Shown here piece by piece: positions 26,224-35,227 of a stretch of DNA of 43,012 nucleotides (its first letter is position 1; each line of letters begins with the position of its first letter). The notes beneath the pieces were generated by a model. The model saw only the letters and a list, made by a program, of their open reading frames with translations. It did no database searches and had not been told where the DNA came from. The position numbers were made by a program, and so were the translations under genes. The DNA is from Bacteroidales bacterium (GTDB lineage Bacteria > Bacteroidota > Bacteroidia > Bacteroidales > UBA4181), in assembly GCA_031259205.1 (NCBI GenBank), contig JAIRLS010000319.1, forward strand, positions 1-43,012, given 5' to 3'.

Positions 26224-29200
26224 CTATCTAATGATGGTGACAGAGCCGGTATAAACATTTTCTGATCCCGTTTGCCTGTGAATCAGTTTGACCACATAAT
26301 AGTATGTGCCTACGGGTAAATTTTTCCCACCGTTGCGGCCATCGAAAGCTACCGACGGATCATTGCTATAATCCTTGCGGCTATATACCACGATACCCGC
26401 CCGGCTGAAAACGGTCGCCTCAACGGTGTAGAACAGCACGTACTGTTCCAGCGGGTAGAATTTCCACAGGTCGTGAATACCGTCGCCGTTAGGGGTGAAA
26501 GCATTGGGTATGAAGAACTCGAACGATGTGCCGATATAAACCGAATCCCGCGTGCGGCACGTATTGGTGTTTTCCAATTCGAGAATCAGGAAATACGGGC
26601 GTTCCGGACGTTGCAGCATTACCGTTGTCAGGGGATCCGGATGGGAAGGCAATCCGTCGGTATGTCCGTCGGGTATGCTTGACCACCGGTAGCCGGTGAA
26701 ATCCGGAGAGCTTGTTATTTCCAGAGGATAGGTTTCGTCGATGGGGATATACACGGTATCTACCGGAAATGACAGCATGGGGGAAGGGAGAATAACAACA
26801 GGGAAGGTGTCCCTTGATACGCAAGTGGTGTCGGGGTGGTACCGGTAGGCGGCGGTCAGTATCACTCTGTTGTCCTCTGCCGGAATGGTCTCGTCGGCTT
26901 TGAAGGATACGGGATTGTGCGTCGGGAAGACGAGCGAATCGCCTGCCGGAAGCGTCCACCATGGAGGATCTGCGCCGTTGGGCGTCGTAAAGGGCGAATC
27001 GTCTACCGTAATCGTTCCGGACAGGCGGATCAGTTCGTCGGGGCAAAATTCGCTTTTGCCGTCCACCGCGTCGATCTTTACTTCCAAATAATGCCGGGCT
27101 TTCACGGTAAAGACGGAATCCAGCCAGCAAAGCCCCTCCGAATCGGTCACATGCACGGCGTAAACGCCTGCCTCCAGCATACCGATGGAGTCTGTTGAGG
27201 AAAGTATCCTGTCTTTGTATCGATCATCGTCTGTCCGGCGCCATTCGTAGCTGTAATCGCTTTTATCCCCCTGCAACTTGATGTATCCGTTTTGGTCCTG
27301 ATTGCAGGCCGGCAGCGTGTCGGCGTCTGCCACATCGACCTTCACCGGACGGGGCATAACGACGATAAAGGTAGAGTCAACGCGGCACCCGATGGCGTCG
27401 GTCACTCCTATTTTGACCGGAATGCGATATTTCTTATCCGGATCGGCAATGGTGATAAGGTCGGGGTTGCTGACAATGTTTCCGTCCACCTTGAATTCGT
27501 AGGGTTGGGAGGAGGCTTCATCTGTGCTGAAGACCATTAGCGTCAAATCGACTTCCACCTCGCAACGTTTTCCGTCGATGAGCCTGCGGGTCGAATCAAT
27601 CGTCAGTATCAGCCGCTGTTCTTTTTTCATTTCGATGAGTTCGGTGTAGATACAGTGGGTAGCGGTGTCGCGTATCCACAGGTAATAAACGCCCGTATCC
27701 AAATCCGTGAACTTCCCCTGGTAGCGTTCAATCGTGTAATGCACCTTTGTGCTGCCGACGGTGATGTCGCCTTCGTCGGGAGCGTCGTTGCCGGTAACGT
27801 CGTCATAGCCTTTTTTCCATTTGTCTGCCGGAGGCAGCGCATCCGGATCGGGCAGACTATCCGACAGGTAGTACTGATAAACGGCGACGGGAGCATCCAC
27901 CGTGAAGCCGTACTCGCCGTCCTTCTTGCCTACGCAGGTGGGGGAGTGGTTGTCGTCGTCCGGCAGCACTACCGGCGGTTCGGGGTCGACAAGCGTTACC
28001 GTATCCGGTACGAGGCAGCCGTCGGTTAAGCCGGCGGAGGTTATTTTTACCGTCACTTCATAGACGCCTCCCGCCAGCCCTTTGATGCTGTCGGTGAAGG
28101 CGGCGGGATTGAATATTTCCGTCGCATTCAGGTAAACGGCAAAAGTTTCCGTTGTCGGTGCAGCAAGAGGATTCCCCACTCCGGTGATTTCATAAATGAT
28201 CACGCCCAGCGCAACGTCCGGGGCGTCGTTGCAGGCAGGAGCAACGGAGTCAAGAGTGAACGCTACCCATTCCGGAGCGTCGATCTCCATTTCGACCGTA
28301 TCGACGCACTGGGCGTCGTCGGAAATGATGAACGTATAGGTTCCGCCGGACACCTTCTCCACTTCAAAGGAAGTCGTCGTAACGGGTGTGGGAAAAACAG
28401 GGTCTTCGGCATACCAGGGTTTTCCGTCGACGGTCAATTGGAGTTGGAAGGGAGGATGTCCCTCGTTAATCGTAACTCCGACTTTGCCGTCGCTTTTTCC
28501 CAGACAGGTTGGGGGAGTAATGATTTGAGTATCGAACGAGAGTTCGGTGGGTTTTACTTCCGCTTCGAGGGTATCGGAAACGCACCCGCTCTTTTCCGTC
28601 ACCACTATCCGGTAGATACCCGGAGGCAAATCGGTGACGGTGGTTTGCAGGGGATCGTTGTCCGTTGCATCGTCGTTGGTAAAAAGGTCGAACTGTCCGG
28701 CGGGCATTCCGCTGTACCAGTAGGAATACTCTCCGGCGGGGTGCGTAGCCGCGATAAGGATTTTGCCGTCGCCTTTGCCGTCTTCGAAATCGCAACGGGT
28801 GAGGGGAGAGGGCGTTACCGAGCTGGCAGGCGGGTTCAGTTGGAGGAGGGTGTCGATGGTCACGGTAAATTCTCCCAAAATACATTTGGAAGAGGCGGGG
28901 TCGTTCTCTCTCACGGTCACGGTAAGGCTGCCCGCCGGCAAACCGGTAATGGTATTGTCTGTCCACTTCTCAAAGCCGGGTATCACCACGCCGGTGATAC
29001 TGTCTTTTACTTCGTATTCGAAATTGCTGCCGCCGGAGCCGCCGGCAGGATTGGCGACGGTGATGATGGCCGAATTTCCGTTCAGGCAAAGCTGATCCTC
29101 ATGCGAAATATCTCCGCTGAAAGGCTGTAGTTTTTTCAGTTCCACTTCAACGGAATCTTTGCAGCCTTTGTCATCCTGCAATTGCAATACGATTTTGTAG

Positions 29201-29739
29201 TTTCCCGGCACGGTCAGTCGTTTTGTGTTGTTTGGCTGGGGCGACATGAGCGTATTTTCCCGATACCATGTTTGCGTGTAGGGCGGCTGAGAGGAGGAAA
29301 TGGAAGTGATGACGGCGCCGTAAGTGGCCATCGGACAGATATTTTCCACCTTAGCGGAGATATCAAGATCAGGCTCGTCGATAAAAATATCTTCCGACAC
29401 CCTGCAATTGTTGTTATCCGTTACTACTACCGTATAATCGCCCGTCGGAAGCCCCGATTTTACATAATCGCCGCCTGTCCAGGTATCCGGCATTCCCCCG
29501 TTGATGACCACCGTCATGGGGAAGTCGCCGCTTATATGTTTTATCTTGATGGCGCCGTCCGTTTTTTGCGGACAGGAAACCGCTTCGGAAGTGATGGTTA
29601 CTTCCAGGCCGCAGGGCGCCAACGCTTTTCTCACTCTGCTGGCGGGCGGATCGGCTTTTCCGGCTGTAAAACCGGAAGCGTCCCACACGTTGAGCGCAAC
29701 GATACAAAAGACGATCCAAAAAGAAAAAAAATACTTCAT
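26224..29739 (-). CDS. SprB-repeat cell-surface protein with a T9SS type-B (gliding-motility-associated) C-terminal sorting domain
   Basis: 1171 aa. Repeated CxxxxDG-type SprB-repeat starts (VSCPQKTDGAIKI, PTCLGKSDGKVGV, PTCVGKKDGEYGF, PACNQDQNGYIKL). C-terminus FFIPNAFTPNGDGIHDLWKF...GTYYYVVKL...GSVTIIR. Confidence 0.85.
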   Translation of the reverse strand: MKYFFSFWIVFCIVALNVWDASGFTAGKADPPASRVRKALAPCGLEVTITSEAVSCPQKTDGAIKIKHISGDFPMTVVINGGMPDTWTGGDYVKSGLPTGDYTVVVTDNNNCRVSEDIFIDEPDLDISAKVENICPMATYGAVITSISSSQPPYTQTWYRENTLMSPQPNNTKRLTVPGNYKIVLQLQDDKGCKDSVEVELKKLQPFSGDISHEDQLCLNGNSAIITVANPAGGSGGSNFEYEVKDSITGVVIPGFEKWTDNTITGLPAGSLTVTVRENDPASSKCILGEFTVTIDTLLQLNPPASSVTPSPLTRCDFEDGKGDGKILIAATHPAGEYSYWYSGMPAGQFDLFTNDDATDNDPLQTTVTDLPPGIYRIVVTEKSGCVSDTLEAEVKPTELSFDTQIITPPTCLGKSDGKVGVTINEGHPPFQLQLTVDGKPWYAEDPVFPTPVTTTSFEVEKVSGGTYTFIISDDAQCVDTVEMEIDAPEWVAFTLDSVAPACNDAPDVALGVIIYEITGVGNPLAAPTTETFAVYLNATEIFNPAAFTDSIKGLAGGVYEVTVKITSAGLTDGCLVPDTVTLVDPEPPVVLPDDDNHSPTCVGKKDGEYGFTVDAPVAVYQYYLSDSLPDPDALPPADKWKKGYDDVTGNDAPDEGDITVGSTKVHYTIERYQGKFTDLDTGVYYLWIRDTATHCIYTELIEMKKEQRLILTIDSTRRLIDGKRCEVEVDLTLMVFSTDEASSQPYEFKVDGNIVSNPDLITIADPDKKYRIPVKIGVTDAIGCRVDSTFIVVMPRPVKVDVADADTLPACNQDQNGYIKLQGDKSDYSYEWRRTDDDRYKDRILSSTDSIGMLEAGVYAVHVTDSEGLCWLDSVFTVKARHYLEVKIDAVDGKSEFCPDELIRLSGTITVDDSPFTTPNGADPPWWTLPAGDSLVFPTHNPVSFKADETIPAEDNRVILTAAYRYHPDTTCVSRDTFPVVILPSPMLSFPVDTVYIPIDETYPLEITSSPDFTGYRWSSIPDGHTDGLPSHPDPLTTVMLQRPERPYFLILELENTNTCRTRDSVYIGTSFEFFIPNAFTPNGDGIHDLWKFYPLEQYVLFYTVEATVFSRAGIVVYSRKDYSNDPSVAFDGRNGGKNLPVGTYYYVVKLIHRQTGSENVYTGSVTIIR

Positions 29740-29854
29740 ATCCTAACCTGTCAGAATGAAAATGATAATTACCGCACAAAAATACAAAAAAAATAGATAT
29801 TAAAGTTTAAATATTTTGTTTATCGACGCTGTCAGGCCGGAAACGCCGACAGGT

Positions 29855-31507
29855 TTATTCACTGTTCACCATTAATTTATTTCCTGTGTTTTCTGCAATT
29901 TCTTCCAGCCACCATTCCGGATAGCCCGGTTGGTCGGGTGATGCGGAGGTGGTATGGTAACGGTTGGGGACAAATTTCCCCCCTTGTTCTTTTTTGATGT
30001 TGCCGTCAATATATTTTACCAGCAGAAAACGGCTCAGGTCTTTCCACCGTTGAAAGGCGGCAGTTGCCTGCCTGCCGGAATATTCGGTAAGGTATTTTCT
30101 TGCTTTGGCGGGGCTTTTCTTGTAGAGGTTTACGGCTTTCGTGTCGGTAGCGGCAATATCGTTGAGAAAAGCGTCTTCCAGTTCGTTCATGGCGCGGCAC
30201 ACGTCTTTTCCCATAACGTCATAGCGCAGGTAAGCGAAGTTAGCCACTTGATTGACAAGCCAGAAAGCAGATGTTTCGGAATATTCGATCATACTGCCGT
30301 TGCCTTGTGCGAAATGGACGGGGATTTGGTTGATGCTGCTGTAGATGGGCGTCAGGGGCGAGGTGGCCGCATCGTCCACTCCGAACCAGAGGATGCCGCC
30401 TATCATGTCGGGCAGCCATGCGCGGGCTTGCCCTACGAACCAGAATCCGGTTTGCTGGGTTGCGGTGGCGCGTTCGTTGCAGTATTCCCGTCCGTTGGCT
30501 TTCCATGTCAGCGGACGCCAGCGGTAGGGCAGCCCGTGAGGGCCGGCGCCCAAGTCCTTGCGCATGTCCAGTTCGGTGTCTTCCAGATGGTCGCGCATGG
30601 CGTTCATGACGTCCTTGGGCGAAAGCCGACGGTCGGGTTTGATCCAAAGCGGCATCCGCCTTTTCAGGTTTTCGCCTTTGGCATAGTCGAAATAAGCGTA
30701 CATGTCCTTGTTGAAGGTTTTAAAAAACGACCATACGCGCATTTCACAGAATCGCGCTCCGTGAAAATCGACCGGATTGTAAGTGTCCGAAAAGCTGAAA
30801 TCTTCGTCCGTACCGTTGTACCATCCCTTTTCGCGTGCAAAACTGATGACGTCCTTGCTGTACAGGCAGTTTTCGGGATCGTTTTTGGGAAAGGCAGTGA
30901 TACGCGCCTGATTAGCATGTGCGCAGATGTAGCCGTCGGGTATGCGGAGGGCTACCCACAGAGCGCCTTTTCCGCCTTCGCCTTTTCCTGTCATTTCCAT
31001 GATCCATGCTTCATTTTTGTCGCCGATGCTGAAGGATTCGCCTCCGCTGCAAAACCCGTACCGTTCTGCCAGCGAAGTCATCACGCCGATGGCTTCCCGC
31101 GCCGTTTTCGAACGCTGGAGGGCGATATAGATGAGGCTTCCGTAGTCGATAATGCCGGTGGGGTCTACCAGTTCGCTACGGCCGCCGAAAGTGGTTTCGC
31201 CGATAATGACCTGATGCTCGTTCATGTTCCCTGCCACCGAGTAGGTCTCGGATGCTTCGGGAATAAAGCCGAGTGGTTTGCCGGTGTCCCATTCTACGAT
31301 TTCTCTCAACTCTCCGGCTTTGTGTCCGGCGGCGGGAAAATAGTACAATTCCCCGTAAAGCGTATGGGAATCGGCTGAATAGGTGATCATCACCGACCCG
31401 TCGGCAGAGGCTCCACGAGTGACGAGGAAATTTGTGCACGCCCGGCTGTCGGACGCGACTGCTGCTGCAAACCCAATTACGGCAACGGTAAAAACAGATT
31501 TTTTCAT
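29855..31507 (-). CDS. C69-family dipeptidase
   Basis: ORF 29855..31531; start moved to ATG 31507 (MKKSVFTVAVIGFAAAVASDSRA). The nucleophile Cys sits directly after the signal peptide (CTNFLVTRGASADGSVMITYSADSH). Confidence 0.85.
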   Translation of the reverse strand: MKKSVFTVAVIGFAAAVASDSRACTNFLVTRGASADGSVMITYSADSHTLYGELYYFPAAGHKAGELREIVEWDTGKPLGFIPEASETYSVAGNMNEHQVIIGETTFGGRSELVDPTGIIDYGSLIYIALQRSKTAREAIGVMTSLAERYGFCSGGESFSIGDKNEAWIMEMTGKGEGGKGALWVALRIPDGYICAHANQARITAFPKNDPENCLYSKDVISFAREKGWYNGTDEDFSFSDTYNPVDFHGARFCEMRVWSFFKTFNKDMYAYFDYAKGENLKRRMPLWIKPDRRLSPKDVMNAMRDHLEDTELDMRKDLGAGPHGLPYRWRPLTWKANGREYCNERATATQQTGFWFVGQARAWLPDMIGGILWFGVDDAATSPLTPIYSSINQIPVHFAQGNGSMIEYSETSAFWLVNQVANFAYLRYDVMGKDVCRAMNELEDAFLNDIAATDTKAVNLYKKSPAKARKYLTEYSGRQATAAFQRWKDLSRFLLVKYIDGNIKKEQGGKFVPNRYHTTSASPDQPGYPEWWLEEIAENTGNKLMVNSE

Positions 31508-31585
31508 AACCTCAAATTTAAGGATGGGCAAATATACATAATTTTTTGATATTATACCTTTTTGATAAAATTGGAAAAAAACAGC

Positions 31586-32545
31586 TTATCTATTGATTTG
31601 TGTTGATGATACGTTCATGCCGGTTATTTGTCCGGCGTCATCGTACAGATAGAATCCTTTCGAGGTATAGATGCCGTAATTGCGAGCTCTCACCAGACGT
31701 TTGATGAGCGGGGACGCTTTAAACGCTCTTAATCCGAACTCCTGATACAACAGGTCCATGTAGCGCAACACCTTGTCCAGTCCGATTCTGTCGGCCAGTT
31801 CAAAAGGGCCGTGTTGCATACCGAATCCCTGTTTCATAATCGTGTCGATGTCTTCGATGTTGGCAACTCCCTCCATTAAGGTGTTACAGGCTTCATTAAT
31901 TAAGGTGACGATCAGTCGTGTGCTCACGCTGCCGGGTGATTCGTTCACGGTGATGGCTTCCTTATTAATCATCTTTGCGAAACGCTGTACCGTCCGGTGG
32001 GATTGTTCATTGGTTTGCAGGCCGCACACGATTTCTACGATTCTGACTTCGGAAGGCGAGGTGATGAAATTCAGCGCCAGCGCTCTTTCGGGGTGTTGCA
32101 TGGCGGCGGCGATGTCGCTGATCATGAGCGTGGAAACGCTGCTGGTAATCACAGTCTGGTCGGAAACATAGTCTTCAAGTTTTTTGAACATTTCGATACG
32201 CTCATTCAACGGGTCTTTGGAACTGATCACTTCTATAATCAGGTCGCACCCACGAATGGCTTCATAATCGACGGCTCCTTTGATACGCGAAAGAATGACC
32301 CGTTTGTCGCCTTGCGTCAATCCCCAACGATTGATGATGCCGTCCAAGCTGAGGGCGATTTTGTTCATTGCGTCTTCTACCCGTTGCCGGCTGATTTCCA
32401 CAAACACGACGTCGATTCCCGACTGGCTTACGATACGGGCTACCTGTTGTCCGATGTCGCCGCACCCGATCAGCCCGACTTTGTGTATCAGTCCCTGTTT
32501 GCCGATACTTTTGTGTAATGCGAATTTTTCTAACGATACTGCCAT
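31586..32545 (-). CDS. 3-hydroxyacyl-CoA (3-hydroxybutyryl-CoA) dehydrogenase family protein
   Basis: ORF 31586..32596. I moved the start to ATG 32545, which removes the overlap with pta. Rossmann motif VGLIGCGDIGQQVA. C-terminal 3HCDH domain (GFGMQHGPFELADRIGLD). Confidence 0.8.
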   Translation of the reverse strand: MAVSLEKFALHKSIGKQGLIHKVGLIGCGDIGQQVARIVSQSGIDVVFVEISRQRVEDAMNKIALSLDGIINRWGLTQGDKRVILSRIKGAVDYEAIRGCDLIIEVISSKDPLNERIEMFKKLEDYVSDQTVITSSVSTLMISDIAAAMQHPERALALNFITSPSEVRIVEIVCGLQTNEQSHRTVQRFAKMINKEAITVNESPGSVSTRLIVTLINEACNTLMEGVANIEDIDTIMKQGFGMQHGPFELADRIGLDKVLRYMDLLYQEFGLRAFKASPLIKRLVRARNYGIYTSKGFYLYDDAGQITGMNVSSTQINR

Positions 32546-32561
32546 ATAAATAAATAAGATT

Positions 32562-33563
32562 TTAGGAGTGTGCGGCCTGATTAGCGGTAATAGCAATCAT
32601 TTTAACGATGTCGTCTACCGAGCATCCCCGCGAAAGGTCGTTGATCGGCGCCGCCATGCCTTGCAGCACCGGCCCGATAGCCTCTGCGTGCGCCAATCGC
32701 TGTACGAGTTTGTAGCCGATGTTACCTGCGTCCAATGAAGGAAAGATAAGTACGTTGGCTTGTCCGGCGATAGGACTGCCGGGCGCTTTGCCGGCGCCAA
32801 CGGCAGGCACCAGCGCTGCGTCGGCTTGCAGTTCCCCGTCGATAGCAAGTTGCGGGTCTGTCTCTTTCACTATCTGCGTCGCCCTGATCACTTTATCCGC
32901 CATCTCATGCCGGGCGCTTCCTTTGGTTGAAAAGCTAAGCATGGCTATTTTAGGCTCAAAACCGCCCAAAACGCGGGTCGTTCTTGCGGTAGTCATCGCA
33001 ATTTCGGCCAATTCGCGGTCGGTAGGGTTCGGATGAACGGCACAGTCGGCAAATACCAAGATACCGTCGTTACCATATTCTTTATCTTTGAGAATCATGA
33101 AGAACACGCCCGACACTATCGTCGTTCCCGGCTGGGTTTTCACATACTGAAAAGCGGGGCGCAATACGTCGCCCGTAGCATTCATTGCGCCTGCCACCTC
33201 TCCGTCCGCATGGCCTGCCTTGATCATCATAGCGCCCAGATACAGCGGATTTTCAATGAGCTTTTCGGCCTCCTGTTGCGTCAAGCCTTTGGCTTTGCGC
33301 AATTCCAGCATCAAATTGACGTAGGCGGCTTTTTGCGGATGATGCCCGGGAGGGATAATGTCCACTCCTTCGATATGTTTCAACCCCAACGAAGCGGCCT
33401 TCCGACGAATGTTCTCCGGTTCTCCCAGCAGGGTAATCCGTGCAATACCATTGGCCGTCACATGGTCGGCTGCCCGTAGTGTGCGCTCTTCCAGCCCCTC
33501 TGGAAGTACGATGTGTTTTTGATATTTTTTTGCGTTCAGGATAATGTTTTGAATGAAATCCAT
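32562..33563 (-). CDS. pta: phosphate acetyltransferase
   Basis: 333 aa. HIVLPEGLEERTLRAA, GEVAGAMNATGDVLRPAFQYVKTQPG, FADCAVHPNPT, DGELQADAA, ANVLIFPSLDAGNIGYKLVQRL, INDLSRG. Confidence 0.92.
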   Translation of the reverse strand: MDFIQNIILNAKKYQKHIVLPEGLEERTLRAADHVTANGIARITLLGEPENIRRKAASLGLKHIEGVDIIPPGHHPQKAAYVNLMLELRKAKGLTQQEAEKLIENPLYLGAMMIKAGHADGEVAGAMNATGDVLRPAFQYVKTQPGTTIVSGVFFMILKDKEYGNDGILVFADCAVHPNPTDRELAEIAMTTARTTRVLGGFEPKIAMLSFSTKGSARHEMADKVIRATQIVKETDPQLAIDGELQADAALVPAVGAGKAPGSPIAGQANVLIFPSLDAGNIGYKLVQRLAHAEAIGPVLQGMAAPINDLSRGCSVDDIVKMIAITANQAAHS

Positions 33564-33621
33564 GATATTTAATATGATAAGTTTATTTTATACCCGTCGT
33601 TCAAGATTTAAAATGAACGGT

Positions 33622-33645
33622 AAAGATACAAAAATTTGTATCTTT
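33622..33645. promoter_or_regulatory. 11-2-11 palindrome in the pta upstream region (candidate operator)
   Basis: AAAGATACAAA-AA-TTTGTATCTTT, 59-82 nt upstream of the pta ATG (33563). A second, weaker inverted repeat, CGTTCA...TGAACG, lies at about 33597-33619. Confidence 0.35.
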
Positions 33646-33677
33646 TATGGGATTTTTTTTTACATATCAATTTTATG

Positions 33678-33830
33678 AAGGCGCGAAGGGAAGTAGAGAC
33701 GAAAGGCTTTCGTCTGAAGGCGCGAAAGCGCGAAAGCGCGAAGGTGCGAAAGCACGAAGGTGCGAAAGTTCGAAGGTGCGAAGGCGCGAAAGTAGAGACG
33801 AAAGGCTTTCGTCTGAAAGCGCGAAATTTT
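33678..33830. repeat. 8-nt-period degenerate array (YNCGAARG x9, 33721-33792) flanked by two 26-bp direct repeats, each containing a hairpin
   Basis: GTAGAGACGAAAGGCTTTCGTCTGAA occurs at 33693-33718 and 33792-33817, with internal stem AGACGAAAG/CTTTCGTCT. The units between them are cgcgaaag, cgcgaaag, cgcgaagg, tgcgaaag, cacgaagg, tgcgaaag, ttcgaagg, tgcgaagg, cgcgaaag. A T6 run follows at 33826-33831. Confidence 0.8.
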
Positions 33831-34167
33831 TTACCTTGTGTTCCTTCGGCGACTTTGTAGTTTTAAAAAATTCCAGCAGGGACGCCGTTGCACTGCTTCT
33901 GCCCCTGGGCGCGTTTCAAATTGTCGCGGCCCGGCTTATCGTAGCCGTTATTGCAGGCTCAAATCCCAAAGCGAGCCAAATGTGTTGATAATGAAAAAAT
34001 ATACATGCTTATTTTTTTGGACGACTCCATTGCGTCGTTTGAAAGCAACTTCGAGCAAAGATTTCCCCGTCCATCTACTCGAAATTTAAATGAGAATCAT
34101 CACGCAAAATGGGAATCTGTTGCAGATCCATCAGATACAGGAAAATGGATGTTCTATGCGCTTAATC

Positions 34168-35193
34168 TTAATTTATATTTAAAAGACGTTTATATTCTTC
34201 TATTTCGCGTATTTTTTCTTCGAGCGCTTTGCTTTGCTCTTCGAGCGTTTTCTTTTGCTCTTCGATCGTTTTCTCTTTCTCTTCGATCGTTTTCTCTTTC
34301 TCTTCGATCGTTTTCTCTTTCTCTTCGATCGTTTTCTCTTTCTCTCCGATCGTTTTCTCTTTCTCTTCGATCGTTTTCTCTTTCTCTTCGAGTTGGATTG
34401 AATATTCCTGTTTTACTTCCCATTCCGCTTCGTATTTTGCAGAGGCGATTTGGCTGAGATAGCGACTTTTGGCTTCCTGTTCGTAATCATATACCGCCCT
34501 CTCTTCCGCAGAAAGGCGAAAGTAATCTAATATTTCACGCGCTTTCAGCAATCCTTGGGCTTTGAACTCGTCTCTTATACTGTCGTTTTTCAAAAAATAA
34601 ATCCATTCATCAAGCGTAGTCTTTGCAACGTCATCGAATTTATTGATCTTTAATACATAATACTCCGGATACAAATCCCCAACTTCGACTTTCCCGAATA
34701 TATCCCGCTGTTTTTCCGACAGTTCGAGGATGTCCGTTCCGTCGTACATGTTCCTGAAATCCGTCCTGCCGCGATACGCATAACCATTCCCATGGCCAAG
34801 GTCAAAATAAACAATGTTGATGGAATAGATCTTCTTTAACTCCTTGTACCGGTCGCTCTGAATCATGCCGTCGATGATGGCCTTGCTCACGCCGAACAGC
34901 ATCCGTTGAAAATAATCTATCTCAAGGATAAACTGCAATTCTATCAGGATGATTTCCCCTTCCCTGTCCTCTACCACAATATCTGCACGGTTGTATTTAT
35001 CTGTAGCGTCCACCTTGTTGCTTTCGCTTTCCAGTACGCTGGTGATCCGCACTTCGCGACTTAACAGTTCGCTCAAAAAACCTTCCACCACTTCAAAATT
35101 CACCTTATCCCGTAACAGGCGTTTTACTGCCCAGTCAAAGGATACTAACTGTCTCTCTTTCTTCCCTGTGCCTTTTTCTCTGTCCTTTTGCAT
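34168..35193 (-). CDS. Rpn-family (PD-(D/E)XK, TIGR01784-type) recombination-promoting nuclease / putative transposase, copy 2
   Basis: 341 aa, about 90% identical to copy 1. Same nuclease core (NRADIVVEDREGEIILIELQ). Expanded EKEKTIE repeat block. Confidence 0.85.
   Translation of the reverse strand: MQKDREKGTGKKERQLVSFDWAVKRLLRDKVNFEVVEGFLSELLSREVRITSVLESESNKVDATDKYNRADIVVEDREGEIILIELQFILEIDYFQRMLFGVSKAIIDGMIQSDRYKELKKIYSINIVYFDLGHGNGYAYRGRTDFRNMYDGTDILELSEKQRDIFGKVEVGDLYPEYYVLKINKFDDVAKTTLDEWIYFLKNDSIRDEFKAQGLLKAREILDYFRLSAEERAVYDYEQEAKSRYLSQIASAKYEAEWEVKQEYSIQLEEKEKTIEEKEKTIGEKEKTIEEKEKTIEEKEKTIEEKEKTIEEQKKTLEEQSKALEEKIREIEEYKRLLNIN
34218..34385 (-). repeat. in-frame 21-nt tandem repeat (8 units) in the 3' end of Rpn copy 2
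   Basis: cttcgatcgttttctctttct x6 (34260-34385, one variant unit), preceded by two related units (34218-34259). Copy 1 has 4 units. Confidence 0.9.
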
Positions 35194-35219
35194 ACGGCTG
35201 TTTCTTATATTTTATTCGG

Positions 35220-35227
35220 CAAATTTA
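35220..35227 (-). promoter_or_regulatory. consensus -7 box TAAATTTG upstream of Rpn copy 2
   Basis: The + strand reads CAAATTTA at 35220-35227. Same spacing to the ATG as in copy 1. Confidence 0.5.

Noticed and set aside
29724-29731. An A8/T8 homopolymer at codons 3-6 of the SprB-repeat adhesin gene, considered as a slipped-strand phase-variation switch.
   Set aside because: The tract is short and simply encodes the Phe-rich signal peptide (MKYFFSFW). A single sequence gives no evidence of length heterogeneity.
33940-33980. A tRNA-like fragment (…GCAGGCTCAAATCCCAAAGCGAGCCA).
   Set aside because: It only superficially resembles a T-loop plus CCA. The flanking bases cannot form a T-stem or acceptor stem, and there are no D or anticodon arms.
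33636-33988. ORFs 33636..33860 and 33647..33988, which would encode K/R/E-rich peptides across the octamer array.
   Set aside because: The apparent coding potential is an artefact of the 8-nt repeat, which reads open in several frames. There is no start context, and the low-complexity products have no recognisable fold.
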